Shown in pieces: positions 37,985 to 47,644 of a DNA stretch of 64,000 nucleotides. Under the pieces are notes generated by a model that was not told where the DNA came from, made no database searches, and saw only the letters and a program-made list of their open reading frames with translations. A program made the position numbers and the translations under genes. Each line of letters starts with the position of its first letter. Position 1 is the stretch's first letter. Where the stretch lies: contig WGMW01000013.1 of assembly GCA_016124845.1 (NCBI GenBank), positions 46,064-110,063 of the forward strand, given 5' to 3'. Source of the stretch: Flavobacteriales bacterium (lineage in GTDB: Bacteria; Bacteroidota; Bacteroidia; UBA10329).

Positions 37985-39958
37985 ATGAAAAACAACCCCA
38001 CAAGCCCCTCTGCCTTCGGCATCTCCCCAAAGGGGAGAATCCTGCTTGCAAGCAGCCTTCGTCTTTCCTTTGTTCTTGTTCTCTTTTTTCTTTTTTCTCC
38101 CGCCCAAGCGGGTGGAGGCAAGGAAGGCGACAAAACCCTTGGACAAACCCACTACAGCCCCGAACCGCAGTACAAAGCGGCCTTCGATTATTATTCGCGG
38201 TATGTGCCGATGAGCGATGGCGTGAAGCTGGCGGTGGATGTCTTTCTCCCAAAGAATTTGGAGGAAGGAAAGAAGGTGCCGACCGTAGTTTATTTCGTTC
38301 GGTATGTGCGAACATTCGAGCTCAAAGCCTTTTGGCGTGGACTGAAAGACCCAGCTTTCGGAAGTGTTGCCGAGGATGAGGTCAAGTTCTTCAACTCGCA
38401 CGGTTATGCTGTCGCGATTGTTGACTTGCGCGGAACGGGCGCGTCTTATGGTCACCGCGACATGGAATTTTCGCCACAGGAAGTGAACGACATGGGGCAG
38501 ATGCTCGATTGGATCGTGAAAGAACCGTGGTCTGATGGGAAGACCGCCACCACTGGAATCTCCTACACGGGAACAACGGCCGAGTTGGCGCTCATTACGA
38601 AGCACCCATCGCTGAAAGCGTGTGTTCCGCGCAGCAATATCTGGGACCTCTATACCGACATCGTTTTTCCAGGAGGAATCCGTCAGTCACCGTTCATTAA
38701 GGTTTGGAAGTTGACCACCAACTCGCTGGATAACAATAACATGTCGGTTTTCGGGAAGAAGATCGACACGTTTGTGAAACAGCCGCACCCTGTCGATGGC
38801 GACAAAAAGGGAGAGGAGCTGCATGTGGCCATGGAGCAGCACAAGGACAACTACGACATTTTCGATGGCCTTTATCGCATTGAGGCGCGTGATGAACCAG
38901 ACCGTGGCCACGGTGCGGAGCTAACGGCAGACGACTGTAGCATTCACAACCGTAAAGAAGACATTCAGGCGGGTGGTGTTCCGATCTTCCGTATCTCGGG
39001 TTGGTTCGATGGTGCGCTTCCGAACTCGGTTTTCAAAGGTTTTTGGAACACTTCGAACACCAAGCGGGTGATGATCGGTCCTTGGGATCATGGTCCAGGG
39101 CAATACTTCACCAATTTCACAGGAAACAAGGAAAAGGAACTCAACATCAAAATGGAGATACTGCGGTTCCTGGATCAATATGTGAAGGGAATCGACACGG
39201 GATTGGATAAGGAACCGCCAGTTAATTATTTCACCATGGGCGAGCAGGCGTGGAAGGCTTCCAACACGTGGCCCCCAAAAGAGGTGCAATCGACCGAGAT
39301 GTTCTTTTCGCCAGAATTGCTTGAGAACGAAAAACCCGCCAAGGAAGAGATCGTGACGTACAATTGCGATTACAACACCACAACAGGCTACGGGGAAAAA
39401 GGTGGTGGCACACGCTGGAACTCATTGACCACGCTCTACAAATATGAGAAAACGTATTACGGCCCGCGAGGAGGTCAGGATCTGTTGATGGAGGTTTTTG
39501 ATGGGCCCGTTCTGGAAAAGGATGTGGAGATAACGGGTCATCCAGAAGTTCATTTGAATTTGAGCACCAACACAGGAGAAGGCCATGTTTTCGCGTACTT
39601 GGAAGAAGTGCTTCCTGACGGCACCAGCCGCTACATCACCGAAGGGATGCTCGACATCAACCATGTGAACCTGTGCAAGGATGGCGATTATTCGTGCTGT
39701 TTTCCACAGCATTCGTTCAAAGAGAAGGACATGGTGAAACTCAAACCAGATGAGTTTAAGAAGACGGTCATCAACATGATTCCGACCAGTTATACGGTCA
39801 TGGCGGGCAATCGAATCCGAATGGCAATAGGAGTGGCCGATAAGGATCATTTCGACATTCCCGAAGAAAGCATCCGACCAGAAAAACTGAATATCAAAAC
39901 GGGCGGAGATAACGGTAGTTTTGTCCGTCTTCCTATTGTTTACAAAGACGTCAATTGA
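37985..39958 (+). CDS. CocE/NonD family hydrolase (X-Pro dipeptidyl-peptidase S15-like), secreted
   Basis: ...YVPMSDGVKLAVDVFLP... N-terminal catalytic-domain start, GISYTG nucleophile motif, C-terminal beta-sandwich. Start codon uncertain (REP element lies in the 5' end). Confidence 0.8.
   Translation: MKNNPTSPSAFGISPKGRILLASSLRLSFVLVLFFLFSPAQAGGGKEGDKTLGQTHYSPEPQYKAAFDYYSRYVPMSDGVKLAVDVFLPKNLEEGKKVPTVVYFVRYVRTFELKAFWRGLKDPAFGSVAEDEVKFFNSHGYAVAIVDLRGTGASYGHRDMEFSPQEVNDMGQMLDWIVKEPWSDGKTATTGISYTGTTAELALITKHPSLKACVPRSNIWDLYTDIVFPGGIRQSPFIKVWKLTTNSLDNNNMSVFGKKIDTFVKQPHPVDGDKKGEELHVAMEQHKDNYDIFDGLYRIEARDEPDRGHGAELTADDCSIHNRKEDIQAGGVPIFRISGWFDGALPNSVFKGFWNTSNTKRVMIGPWDHGPGQYFTNFTGNKEKELNIKMEILRFLDQYVKGIDTGLDKEPPVNYFTMGEQAWKASNTWPPKEVQSTEMFFSPELLENEKPAKEEIVTYNCDYNTTTGYGEKGGGTRWNSLTTLYKYEKTYYGPRGGQDLLMEVFDGPVLEKDVEITGHPEVHLNLSTNTGEGHVFAYLEEVLPDGTSRYITEGMLDINHVNLCKDGDYSCCFPQHSFKEKDMVKLKPDEFKKTVINMIPTSYTVMAGNRIRMAIGVADKDHFDIPEESIRPEKLNIKTGGDNGSFVRLPIVYKDVN
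38004..38039. repeat. REP-like palindromic element (copy 2)
   Basis: CCCCTCTGCCTTCGGCATCTCCCCAAAGGGGAGAA, followed by a perfect 14-bp palindrome CTGCTTGCAAGCAG (38042..38055). Confidence 0.6.
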
Positions 39959-39959
39959 C

Positions 39960-40943
39960 ATGAAAGAACTTATCAAGGACTTCACGAATCAGGTAGCACA
40001 TGCCATCGTTATCGGCAATGCCTACGAGCCATCTGATTGGAACGCGAACATCTCCAACGTGCTCATTTCTGGGCTCGGGGGCTCAGGAATAGGAGGAACG
40101 ATAGCGGCTGAGGTTGTGGCTTCAGAGGCACGCGTGCCGATTGTCACCAACAACGGCTATTTCATCCCAAATTTTGTGGGCATCAACACGCTTTTCTTGG
40201 CGTGTTCGTATTCAGGAAATACCGAAGAAACCATTAGCGCAGCTAAGTTGGCGCATGAGGAAGGAGCCAAGATCGTGGTCGTTTCCAGCGGTGGAAAACT
40301 GAAGGAAATGGCCGATGAGTTCGGTTGGGATTTCATTGGCATTCCAGGAGGGCAGCCGCCACGTGCAAGTTTCGGGCTTTCATTCCCAGAAGTGCTGTAC
40401 GTGTTGCATGCACACGACATCATTTCTAAAAAGTTTGAGAAAGAACTGGAAGCTGCGATCAAACTGTTGGATGACAACGAAATTGCGATTCAGGACGAAG
40501 CCAAGCAGGTAACGGAAAAGCTGTTCGGTAAAATTCCTGTGATCTATGCGGCAGATGGTTTTGGGGGTGTGGCCACGCGCTTCCGCCAGCAGGTGAACGA
40601 GAATGCTAAGATGCTCTGCTGGCATCACGTTATTCCAGAGATGAACCACAACGAACTGGTTGGGTGGAGAGACAAGAACGAAGACCTGGCAGTTGTCATT
40701 TTTCGCAACGAGACGGATTTCAAGAACATTCAAGCACGGATGGAAATCAACAAAGGCACGCTTTCGGAGTACACGAACACTATTGTTGAGGTTTGGTCGA
40801 AGGGAACATCAGACCTTCAGCGCGCGCTGTATCTGATTCACTTGGGAGATTGGGTTTCATTTTTCCTCGGAGAGAAAAAAGGTGTTGACATCACGGAGGT
40901 TAAGGTGATTGACCATTTGAAGGGCGAATTGGCCAAGTTGTAG
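39960..40943 (+). CDS. bifunctional phosphoglucose/phosphomannose isomerase (SIS domain, PGI/PMI family)
   Basis: Internal ATG at 39960 (MKELIKDF...). SGLGGSGIGG and the family-typical CSYSGNTEET motif. Confidence 0.75.
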   Translation: MKELIKDFTNQVAHAIVIGNAYEPSDWNANISNVLISGLGGSGIGGTIAAEVVASEARVPIVTNNGYFIPNFVGINTLFLACSYSGNTEETISAAKLAHEEGAKIVVVSSGGKLKEMADEFGWDFIGIPGGQPPRASFGLSFPEVLYVLHAHDIISKKFEKELEAAIKLLDDNEIAIQDEAKQVTEKLFGKIPVIYAADGFGGVATRFRQQVNENAKMLCWHHVIPEMNHNELVGWRDKNEDLAVVIFRNETDFKNIQARMEINKGTLSEYTNTIVEVWSKGTSDLQRALYLIHLGDWVSFFLGEKKGVDITEVKVIDHLKGELAKL

Positions 40944-41058
40944 CCCCCTAAATCCCCCAAAGGGGGACACACTCTGCGAACTCCGTGTCCGACTTTGTGT
41001 TCTCTGTAGTTAAATAATCTCTGCGACCTTTGCGCTGACTTTGCGTCTTTGCGGTTCA

Positions 41059-41769
41059 ATGGAAAAGCACAACGTTTATTTCGAAGACAAAGGCCTCGTT
41101 CCGTACAAGGAATGTTGGGATTACCAGTTGGAACTGTTCCACGAAATGGTGGAACGCAAAAAGTGGAACAAGCTCAATCCAGAATACCCGAAGCACACAG
41201 AAAGTAGATTGATCTTCTGTTCGCATCCGCACGTTTACACATTGGGCAAAAGCGGAAAGGAGGAAAATCTCCTGCTAACGCAAAGCGAACTCAAGATACA
41301 TGGCGCGGAGTTCTATCACATCAACCGTGGAGGCGACATCACCTACCACGGCCCAGGCCAAATTGTCGGTTATCCGATCTTCGACCTCGATTTCTTCTTC
41401 CACGACATCCATAAGTTCATCGATAAGCTCGAAGATGCCATCATCGCCACGTTGGCTGAATATGGCATCATTGCAGGTCGTGGACCTAAAGGTTTTACAG
41501 GCGTGTGGATCGATTGGGAAAAACCCGAAAAAGCACGGAAGATCTGCGCCTTCGGTATGCACACCAGCCGCTGGGTAACCATGCATGGCTTTGCACTAAA
41601 TGTGAATACTGACCTGGAGTATTACAAGCACATCATTCCCTGCGGAATTGACGACAAAGCGGTCACTTCCATGCAAGCAGAGTTGAGGAAAGAAGTCAGT
41701 GAGCAAGAGGTGAAAGACAAACTGAAAGCTCAGATTGCCAAAGAACTCGGTATTCAAGAATTCGTGTAG
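41059..41769 (+). CDS. lipB: lipoyl(octanoyl) transferase
   Basis: ...HINRGGDITYHGPGQIVGYPI... (LipB RGG..TYHGPGQ motif). Start chosen at MEKHNVYF. Confidence 0.88.
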   Translation: MEKHNVYFEDKGLVPYKECWDYQLELFHEMVERKKWNKLNPEYPKHTESRLIFCSHPHVYTLGKSGKEENLLLTQSELKIHGAEFYHINRGGDITYHGPGQIVGYPIFDLDFFFHDIHKFIDKLEDAIIATLAEYGIIAGRGPKGFTGVWIDWEKPEKARKICAFGMHTSRWVTMHGFALNVNTDLEYYKHIIPCGIDDKAVTSMQAELRKEVSEQEVKDKLKAQIAKELGIQEFV

Positions 41770-42827
41770 CGCTTGCCGAAGCGGTTCAAATTCACTTCTT
41801 GGTCAATTTCCGCCCCTTCGTAAATATGGTTTATCAGTTGCTCCGCGAAGTAAGGAGCAAGCATCACACCCTTGGAACCCATGCCATTGAACAGAAGCAC
41901 GTTTTCCATTTCAGGGTGACGGCCAATGGTCGGTCTTCTGTCGGCTACGTTGGGGCGAATGGCCGCCTGAGCATCCAAAACCTCAAAGTCGATGTTTAAG
42001 GCCTTTTGTGCGCGTTCAAGCAACTCTTTGGTGGATTTTTGACTTGGTGTCTCATCCAAATTGTGCCATTCGTAAGTTGCGCCAAGGCGGAAGATGTTCT
42101 TCTCTTCCGTTGGGAACAGCAGAAACTGCTGGTTGTAGATTCTGTCGGGTGTTAGATCATCCGAAACGCGAACGGTAAGCATCTGACCTTTGGTTGGCCG
42201 AAACGGCAACCAGTTGAAGAACGGGTTTTCGGAGATGAAGCGACCTTCACAAAAAACAATACGGTCGGCTGAAATATCGTTGTATGTAATCGCTTTCTCA
42301 GTTTTAAGTGCTTGATAGGAGAGCTCATCCTCTACCAAAAGTTCTTTTTCTTTCAGGTAATTTCGATAGGCAGTTACCAATTTTTCAATTCGGACAAAAC
42401 CCGAAATCTTTATTGTAACACTTCCGAGGACACTATTTTGAAACGGGCCTTCAGGAACTTTCTTCTCAACTGAATTGACATACGGAGAAAGTCGGTTTTC
42501 ATCAACGGCCTGTTGCCACTCAGTTAGCTCACCCGCTGAACTTATCGGTTTCAGAATCGGGAAATCGTGCAACAGAAAATCAACGCCAAGTTGCTGTTCG
42601 AGTTCTCGGTAAGTCTGAACCAGAAATGGAAACAGTTCGTCAACCTTCCAGCTTTTCACTTTACGTTTAAGAACAACTGGGTTGTAGATTCCGCCAGCGA
42701 TCAGCGAAGATGAATTTTCGGGGCAACGGTCAATAACCAGAAATGACTTTCCTGCCTTTTCGAGCTGGTGACAGAGATTCAGGCCAGCAATTCCGAGGCC
42801 GATGATCAGGTTCTCCGTCTGTTTCAA
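41754..42827 (-). CDS. FAD-dependent oxidoreductase (DAO/ThiO-like)
   Basis: Rossmann GLGIAGLNLCHQLEKAGKSFLVIDR dinucleotide-binding N-terminus. 357 aa. Confidence 0.7.
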   Translation of the reverse strand: MKQTENLIIGLGIAGLNLCHQLEKAGKSFLVIDRCPENSSSLIAGGIYNPVVLKRKVKSWKVDELFPFLVQTYRELEQQLGVDFLLHDFPILKPISSAGELTEWQQAVDENRLSPYVNSVEKKVPEGPFQNSVLGSVTIKISGFVRIEKLVTAYRNYLKEKELLVEDELSYQALKTEKAITYNDISADRIVFCEGRFISENPFFNWLPFRPTKGQMLTVRVSDDLTPDRIYNQQFLLFPTEEKNIFRLGATYEWHNLDETPSQKSTKELLERAQKALNIDFEVLDAQAAIRPNVADRRPTIGRHPEMENVLLFNGMGSKGVMLAPYFAEQLINHIYEGAEIDQEVNLNRFGKRYTNS

Positions 42828-42830
42828 GTG

Positions 42831-43223
42831 CTATAGTTTGGACGTGTAATTGGCGCCAAACATAGACAAGGGAATGAACACGAAGAAATCCAGATAGAAC
42901 CAATCAGGATAGACATCCGCAATGATCATATTGACCATGCCAAGGACCGTCAAGATGGCCCCAAGTGTCAGTCCAACGTTCATCGTATCTTCCTTCAGAA
43001 TAAACCCGACCGTAACTCCACCTGCCAAGGAGCCGATGGCATGAGAAACAATGACCAGCACCAGCCCAATGACAGAAAGTGCCGAAATGGTCTGCCTGAG
43101 ACCATCAATGGAAAGGCTGAAGACATCTAAGTTTCCAAAGAATTTGATGGAAGCGAACGTACCTGCTGTAACGAGCACAAAAGCTACCAGCAGACCAGCA
43201 ATAACGGCTATGAACTTTTTCAT
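42831..43223 (-). CDS. small hypothetical membrane protein (4 TM)
   Basis: 130 aa, four hydrophobic helices. Confidence 0.5.
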   Translation of the reverse strand: MKKFIAVIAGLLVAFVLVTAGTFASIKFFGNLDVFSLSIDGLRQTISALSVIGLVLVIVSHAIGSLAGGVTVGFILKEDTMNVGLTLGAILTVLGMVNMIIADVYPDWFYLDFFVFIPLSMFGANYTSKL

Positions 43224-43272
43224 GGTAGGGGAGGATTTGGTTACCCCAATTTAATGAAAAAGTAACGGAAGC

Positions 43273-44877
43273 CTACTCAGAATATTTTGTCAACGCCAGT
43301 TTGGCCGCGTTGTAAGCGTTCACGATGCCACCTGTTTTCGACAGTTTTTTGAATTTGGTCAACTTGGTAGGGTCGCGGTCCTCATCGGGCATCAACACTT
43401 TTTCTTTGGAAAAATCTGTGGCCGACTCCATCAGAAGTTCCCGCAACTGAACAGCGGTGATGTTGGGAAAATACGATTTGATGAGCGCGGCAACACCTGT
43501 AACCACAGGAGCGGCCATGCTTGTGCCATCAGCGAACTCGTACGTATCATCTGGCTTTGCCGAATAGATCTGTACGCCAGGCGCGAAAATGTCCAGTTTC
43601 TTCTTGCCATAGTTCGAAAAAACGCCAACCAAGTGGTCATCTTCGGTAGGGCCAGAAGCGCCAACGGCAAGCCACGTGGCGCATGGTTTCTTCTGGAAAG
43701 AGTAATACGGATTGGGATAATTGGCCACTTTGTCGATGTTGGCCGCGTCATTTCCAGCTCCGTGAACCATGAGCACGCCTTTGTCCTCGGCATACTTGAT
43801 CGCCTCGTAAACAGCATCCACCTGCGGAGAATAAGGCTTACCGAAACTCATGTTCATGATCTGCGCGCCATTGTCGGCCGCATAGCGAATGGCGTTGGCC
43901 ACATCCTTGTCGAACTCATCTCCGTTAGGAACGGTGCGAAGGATCATCAGTTCCACATTCTCGCAGATACCGTTCATACCGATATCGTTGTTTCGCACAG
44001 CGCCTACAATTCCTGAAACGTGCGTGCCGTGGTCGTTGTGCGGAGCAGAAACATCATTGTTTCCGTAGAAATGCTCGGATGTGTTCTCGTAATCATCACC
44101 TAAAACAGCACGGTCCACAAACCGTGGGTTATAGTGATATTCCAGTTTGTCCTTCAGGTATTTGTGGTAATCCATCAGCCCTTCGAAACTGAAGGTTTCG
44201 TCCTGCGCCAAACCCGCAAGAACACTTTGATAAAGTTTGAGGTCGTCTGATTCGGGTGCCCAGCTCAGCAGTTGCTCGGTCGTGTAATTCTCACCGAGTT
44301 CTGCCTTGGCGGTGCTGTCGGCAGCCTTGTAAACGGTGACAAACGCATCGATCTGTCCGAATTCGTTGGCAGACTCGTTCAGCTCTTTAAGGATCGTTTC
44401 CTCCGCTTTCTTGAACAGTTTGTAGTCTTCGCGATCGGCCTTGGCAACATCCTTTTCCGATTCAATCTCTCCGAACTTCGGTGCCAGTTTTCGGTAGATG
44501 CGTGTAATCTCCAGATTGGCCTCGTCCAAGTTCACACCAGCGGCATTTCCAAGAAAATTCCAGCCGTGGATGTCATCCACGTAGCCGTTCTTATCGTCAT
44601 CAATTCCGTTTCCTGGAATCTCGTCCTCGTTTGTCCAAATGTGTTCTTTCAGGTCTTCGTGGTCGGTATCAACGCCCGAATCGATAATGGCCACCACGAC
44701 TTTGGTCGGTTTGCGGTCTTTCAGCAGTTCGTAGGCTTTGTCGGTTCCAACGCCAGGTGTTCCTTCTGATGGGTCTTTGTGCTGCCAGCCTTTCAGCGAG
44801 TCGTCTTGCGCGAAACCCGTAAGTGAAATGACCAGCGAAAGGCCGATCGTTAGGAGTGTGCGATAATTGAAATTCAT
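43273..44877 (-). CDS. S8 family serine peptidase (subtilisin-like), secreted
   Basis: Signal peptide. Catalytic triad motifs AIIDSGVD, HGTHVSGIVGA, GTSMAAPVVTG. Confidence 0.88.
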   Translation of the reverse strand: MNFNYRTLLTIGLSLVISLTGFAQDDSLKGWQHKDPSEGTPGVGTDKAYELLKDRKPTKVVVAIIDSGVDTDHEDLKEHIWTNEDEIPGNGIDDDKNGYVDDIHGWNFLGNAAGVNLDEANLEITRIYRKLAPKFGEIESEKDVAKADREDYKLFKKAEETILKELNESANEFGQIDAFVTVYKAADSTAKAELGENYTTEQLLSWAPESDDLKLYQSVLAGLAQDETFSFEGLMDYHKYLKDKLEYHYNPRFVDRAVLGDDYENTSEHFYGNNDVSAPHNDHGTHVSGIVGAVRNNDIGMNGICENVELMILRTVPNGDEFDKDVANAIRYAADNGAQIMNMSFGKPYSPQVDAVYEAIKYAEDKGVLMVHGAGNDAANIDKVANYPNPYYSFQKKPCATWLAVGASGPTEDDHLVGVFSNYGKKKLDIFAPGVQIYSAKPDDTYEFADGTSMAAPVVTGVAALIKSYFPNITAVQLRELLMESATDFSKEKVLMPDEDRDPTKLTKFKKLSKTGGIVNAYNAAKLALTKYSE

Positions 44878-44992
44878 GGAGTTCTATTCTGTTTGGGCGG
44901 TAATGATACCGATGTTTTGCCAATGCGAACGCAAAAATGAGCCAAGTGGTTTTTGACAATCGGACGATCTAACGTCTTTTATGATTTGCGTG

Positions 44993-45628
44993 TTACGCGT
45001 AGCCGTTCTTCAAAGCAAAGCGGATCAATCCTGCAATGTTGTGGATGTCGAGTTTGTTCATCAGGTTGGTGCGGTGGGTGTCAACCGTGCGCGGGCTGAT
45101 GAAGAGCTTCTCTCCGATCTGCTTGCTGCTCAGCCCTTCGGCAATGAGTGTCAGGATCTCAATTTCCCGTTCGGTGAGTTCCACCTCCACGCCATTCGCA
45201 TTCTTTTCCACGGCTTTTCCTGCCAGGCTCATGGTCACTTCTTCAGAGAAGACGCGTTCGCCCGAAACAACTTTCCGTATGGCATTGGCAAGTTCATCCT
45301 GAGCGATATTCTTGAGCAGGTAGCCGTCCGATCCGCATTCGAGCAATTGCTGCACCATGCCGCGCTCGTTGTGCTGCGTAAGTGAAATGACCTTTACGTT
45401 CGGATGATCTTTTTTGATCCTTCGGGTGGCATCCACCCCGTTCATCACAGGCATGTCGAGGTCCATGAGCACAAGGTCGATATCGAAAACCTTTAGAAGG
45501 TCAAGCGCCTTTTGGCCATTATCGGCCGTGGCCACACAATCAAAACCATCGATATCGTCCAAAAGGGCTTTGAGGCCGTCAAGAACGATCTGGTGGTCAT
45601 CAACTAAGATCAATCGGATGTCGCTCAT
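44993..45628 (-). CDS. response regulator transcription factor (NarL/LuxR family)
   Basis: REC domain (LILVDDHQIV...D...), C-terminal LuxR HTH. Overlaps upstream kinase gene by 4 nt. Confidence 0.88.
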   Translation of the reverse strand: MSDIRLILVDDHQIVLDGLKALLDDIDGFDCVATADNGQKALDLLKVFDIDLVLMDLDMPVMNGVDATRRIKKDHPNVKVISLTQHNERGMVQQLLECGSDGYLLKNIAQDELANAIRKVVSGERVFSEEVTMSLAGKAVEKNANGVEVELTEREIEILTLIAEGLSSKQIGEKLFISPRTVDTHRTNLMNKLDIHNIAGLIRFALKNGYA

Positions 45629-47610
45629 GGTAATGGTATTCTAATGGTTGCGACAGTTCCATGTTCGGGGCTTGGCTCGTAATTCACTTCTCCTTTCAGC
45701 GCTTTGGCGCGACTGGAAATATTCATCAATCCGATTCCGTTGCTGTTTTCGGGCGAATCAAATGTAAATCCCTTTCCGTTGTCCTCCACAACCAGAACCA
45801 AGTGCGAAGCGGTTTTTAGCAACTGCACCGAGACAGCTTTTGCGTCCGAATGTTTGATGATGTTGTTCACCAGTTCTTGGCAGATGCGGTAAAGGCTCAC
45901 TTCCAGATTTTCTGGGAATCGTTCCCCTTCCACTTTGTGGTGCTCGAACTCATATTGGATGTCGGTGCTGCCGAGGCTTTTTTCAAGCATGTCCTGCAGC
46001 GCAGGGATCAATCCCATATCGCTCAGCACACGTGGCATCATTTGGTGGCTGATGTTCCGTAGTTCGGCAATCGATTCGTTCAGCATGGTGTTCGATTCGC
46101 GGTAGCGGCTTTTCAACTCCTCGGAGGGTTCTTCTACCATGGAAAATCCCTTCTGCAATCGAAGGCTCAGTCCCGTAAGCGATTGGACAATTCCATCGTG
46201 CAGGTCTTTTGCAATGCGTTTCCGTTCTTCTTCCGTGGCCTGTATCATGGCCTGCAATCCGCGCTCGCGCTCGGCAATAATGGCTGCATCCTTATCGGCC
46301 TGTGTTTTTCTTCGGTAAACCTGAAATAGAGCAAAGGCAAGCAATAGAAAGGAGGCCAGCCCGCCAAGAAGTCCGAATATCCATTTGGTGCGGTTTTCGA
46401 GTTTCAGCCGCGCTTCGGCCAAGGCGGTTTTCTTGTCTGCTATCTCGCGGTCTTTTTGGGCGGTTCGGTATTGCGTTTCCAATTCTTCAACCTGAAGACT
46501 CCGCTCCGCATTCACCAGACTGTCTTTCAGGTTGTCGTAGGCGATCCAGTACGGATAAGCGTCTTCGTGCCGCCCGATTCTTCCAAAAGTTCGGGCCTTG
46601 GTGCGGTAAACTTTCCAAAGTAACGACAGGTCTTTGTTCCGCTCGGCCAGTATCTGGGCCGAGTCCAAATAGGCCAGCTCATTCTTCGGGTCACGCAGCT
46701 TTTTATAGATTCCCGCAATGTTGTAATAGGTGGATGCATACCCTTCCGAGTTCCCCAGACCCACCTGTATGCTCAGCGCTTGGCGGTAGGCAACCAACGC
46801 ATCATTGTAGCGGTCCACGCCCGCATAGTTGTCTGCAAGTTCTCGATACGCCCGCGACAGGCCGTAGAGGTCGTTCACCTCTTTGTAAAGCGGGATGGCC
46901 GAAAGCACATAATGGATGGAAGAATCGCTGTTGTTGAGGTAGTCTTTGGCGTAAAGCTGCGAGATATTGATGTAGGTGGCCGCAATTCCCGTCTTGTGTC
47001 CTGTCTTGAAGCGGATCTTGAGCGCCTGCCGATAGTAGCGCATGCTCTTTTCGATCTGGTTGTCCTCAAAAAGAATGATGCCGATGTTGTTGTAGGTGTT
47101 CCCCAACCCCATCAGGTTTCCGATCTGTTCAAACTTCTGCGCTGCGCGGATGTAGTGGTCAATGGCCTTGTCCAGTTCGCCATTGTTCCAATAGATGAGA
47201 CCGATGTTGTTGAGTGCTCCGCCTTCGGTCTGTAAGTTTCCCCGTTTTCTGGCCTGGTTCAACGCCAGATTGTACCAGTAAAGTGCAGAGTCTGGAATGG
47301 ACTTTACGTCATAGGCCACGCCAATGCGATTGTACAGCGTTCCGAGGAATTTCTCTTTCTCGTGCGCCTTGGCCCAATCAAGCCCTCGGTTGCCGAAATA
47401 AATAGCCGAATCGGGCTGGTTGAACACGTACACCCATATCAGGTCGTTGCACAGCGAATCGCTGAACCCGGAAGAGCTGAGTACGTGGAGCAGGCTGTCC
47501 TTTTTCGATTGCCCGTACACCATGGACGGCAACAGAAAAGCGAGCAGCACAAGCGTGCGCAAAATGCGGATCATGCAAATCATAATGTGGGGTTTGAGGT
47601 TGATCTGCAC
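45625..47610 (-). CDS. sensor histidine kinase with N-terminal TPR array (HisKA_3 + HATPase_c)
   Basis: Signal/TM, multiple TPR repeats, internal TM, coiled coil, H-box DLHDGIVQSL, C-terminal ATPase G-boxes. Confidence 0.85.
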   Translation of the reverse strand: MQINLKPHIMICMIRILRTLVLLAFLLPSMVYGQSKKDSLLHVLSSSGFSDSLCNDLIWVYVFNQPDSAIYFGNRGLDWAKAHEKEKFLGTLYNRIGVAYDVKSIPDSALYWYNLALNQARKRGNLQTEGGALNNIGLIYWNNGELDKAIDHYIRAAQKFEQIGNLMGLGNTYNNIGIILFEDNQIEKSMRYYRQALKIRFKTGHKTGIAATYINISQLYAKDYLNNSDSSIHYVLSAIPLYKEVNDLYGLSRAYRELADNYAGVDRYNDALVAYRQALSIQVGLGNSEGYASTYYNIAGIYKKLRDPKNELAYLDSAQILAERNKDLSLLWKVYRTKARTFGRIGRHEDAYPYWIAYDNLKDSLVNAERSLQVEELETQYRTAQKDREIADKKTALAEARLKLENRTKWIFGLLGGLASFLLLAFALFQVYRRKTQADKDAAIIAERERGLQAMIQATEEERKRIAKDLHDGIVQSLTGLSLRLQKGFSMVEEPSEELKSRYRESNTMLNESIAELRNISHQMMPRVLSDMGLIPALQDMLEKSLGSTDIQYEFEHHKVEGERFPENLEVSLYRICQELVNNIIKHSDAKAVSVQLLKTASHLVLVVEDNGKGFTFDSPENSNGIGLMNISSRAKALKGEVNYEPSPEHGTVATIRIPLP

Positions 47611-47644
47611 CCGTAAAGGAAAGCAATCCTTAAGAATTCCGAAC

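Noticed and set aside
37902-38315. 138-aa N-terminal extension of the lysS track ORF
   Set aside because: Arg/Pro/Cys-rich, not LysS-like. Reads through REP copy 2 and the start of the CocE-family gene on the other strand. The internal Met gives a normal LysS N-terminus.
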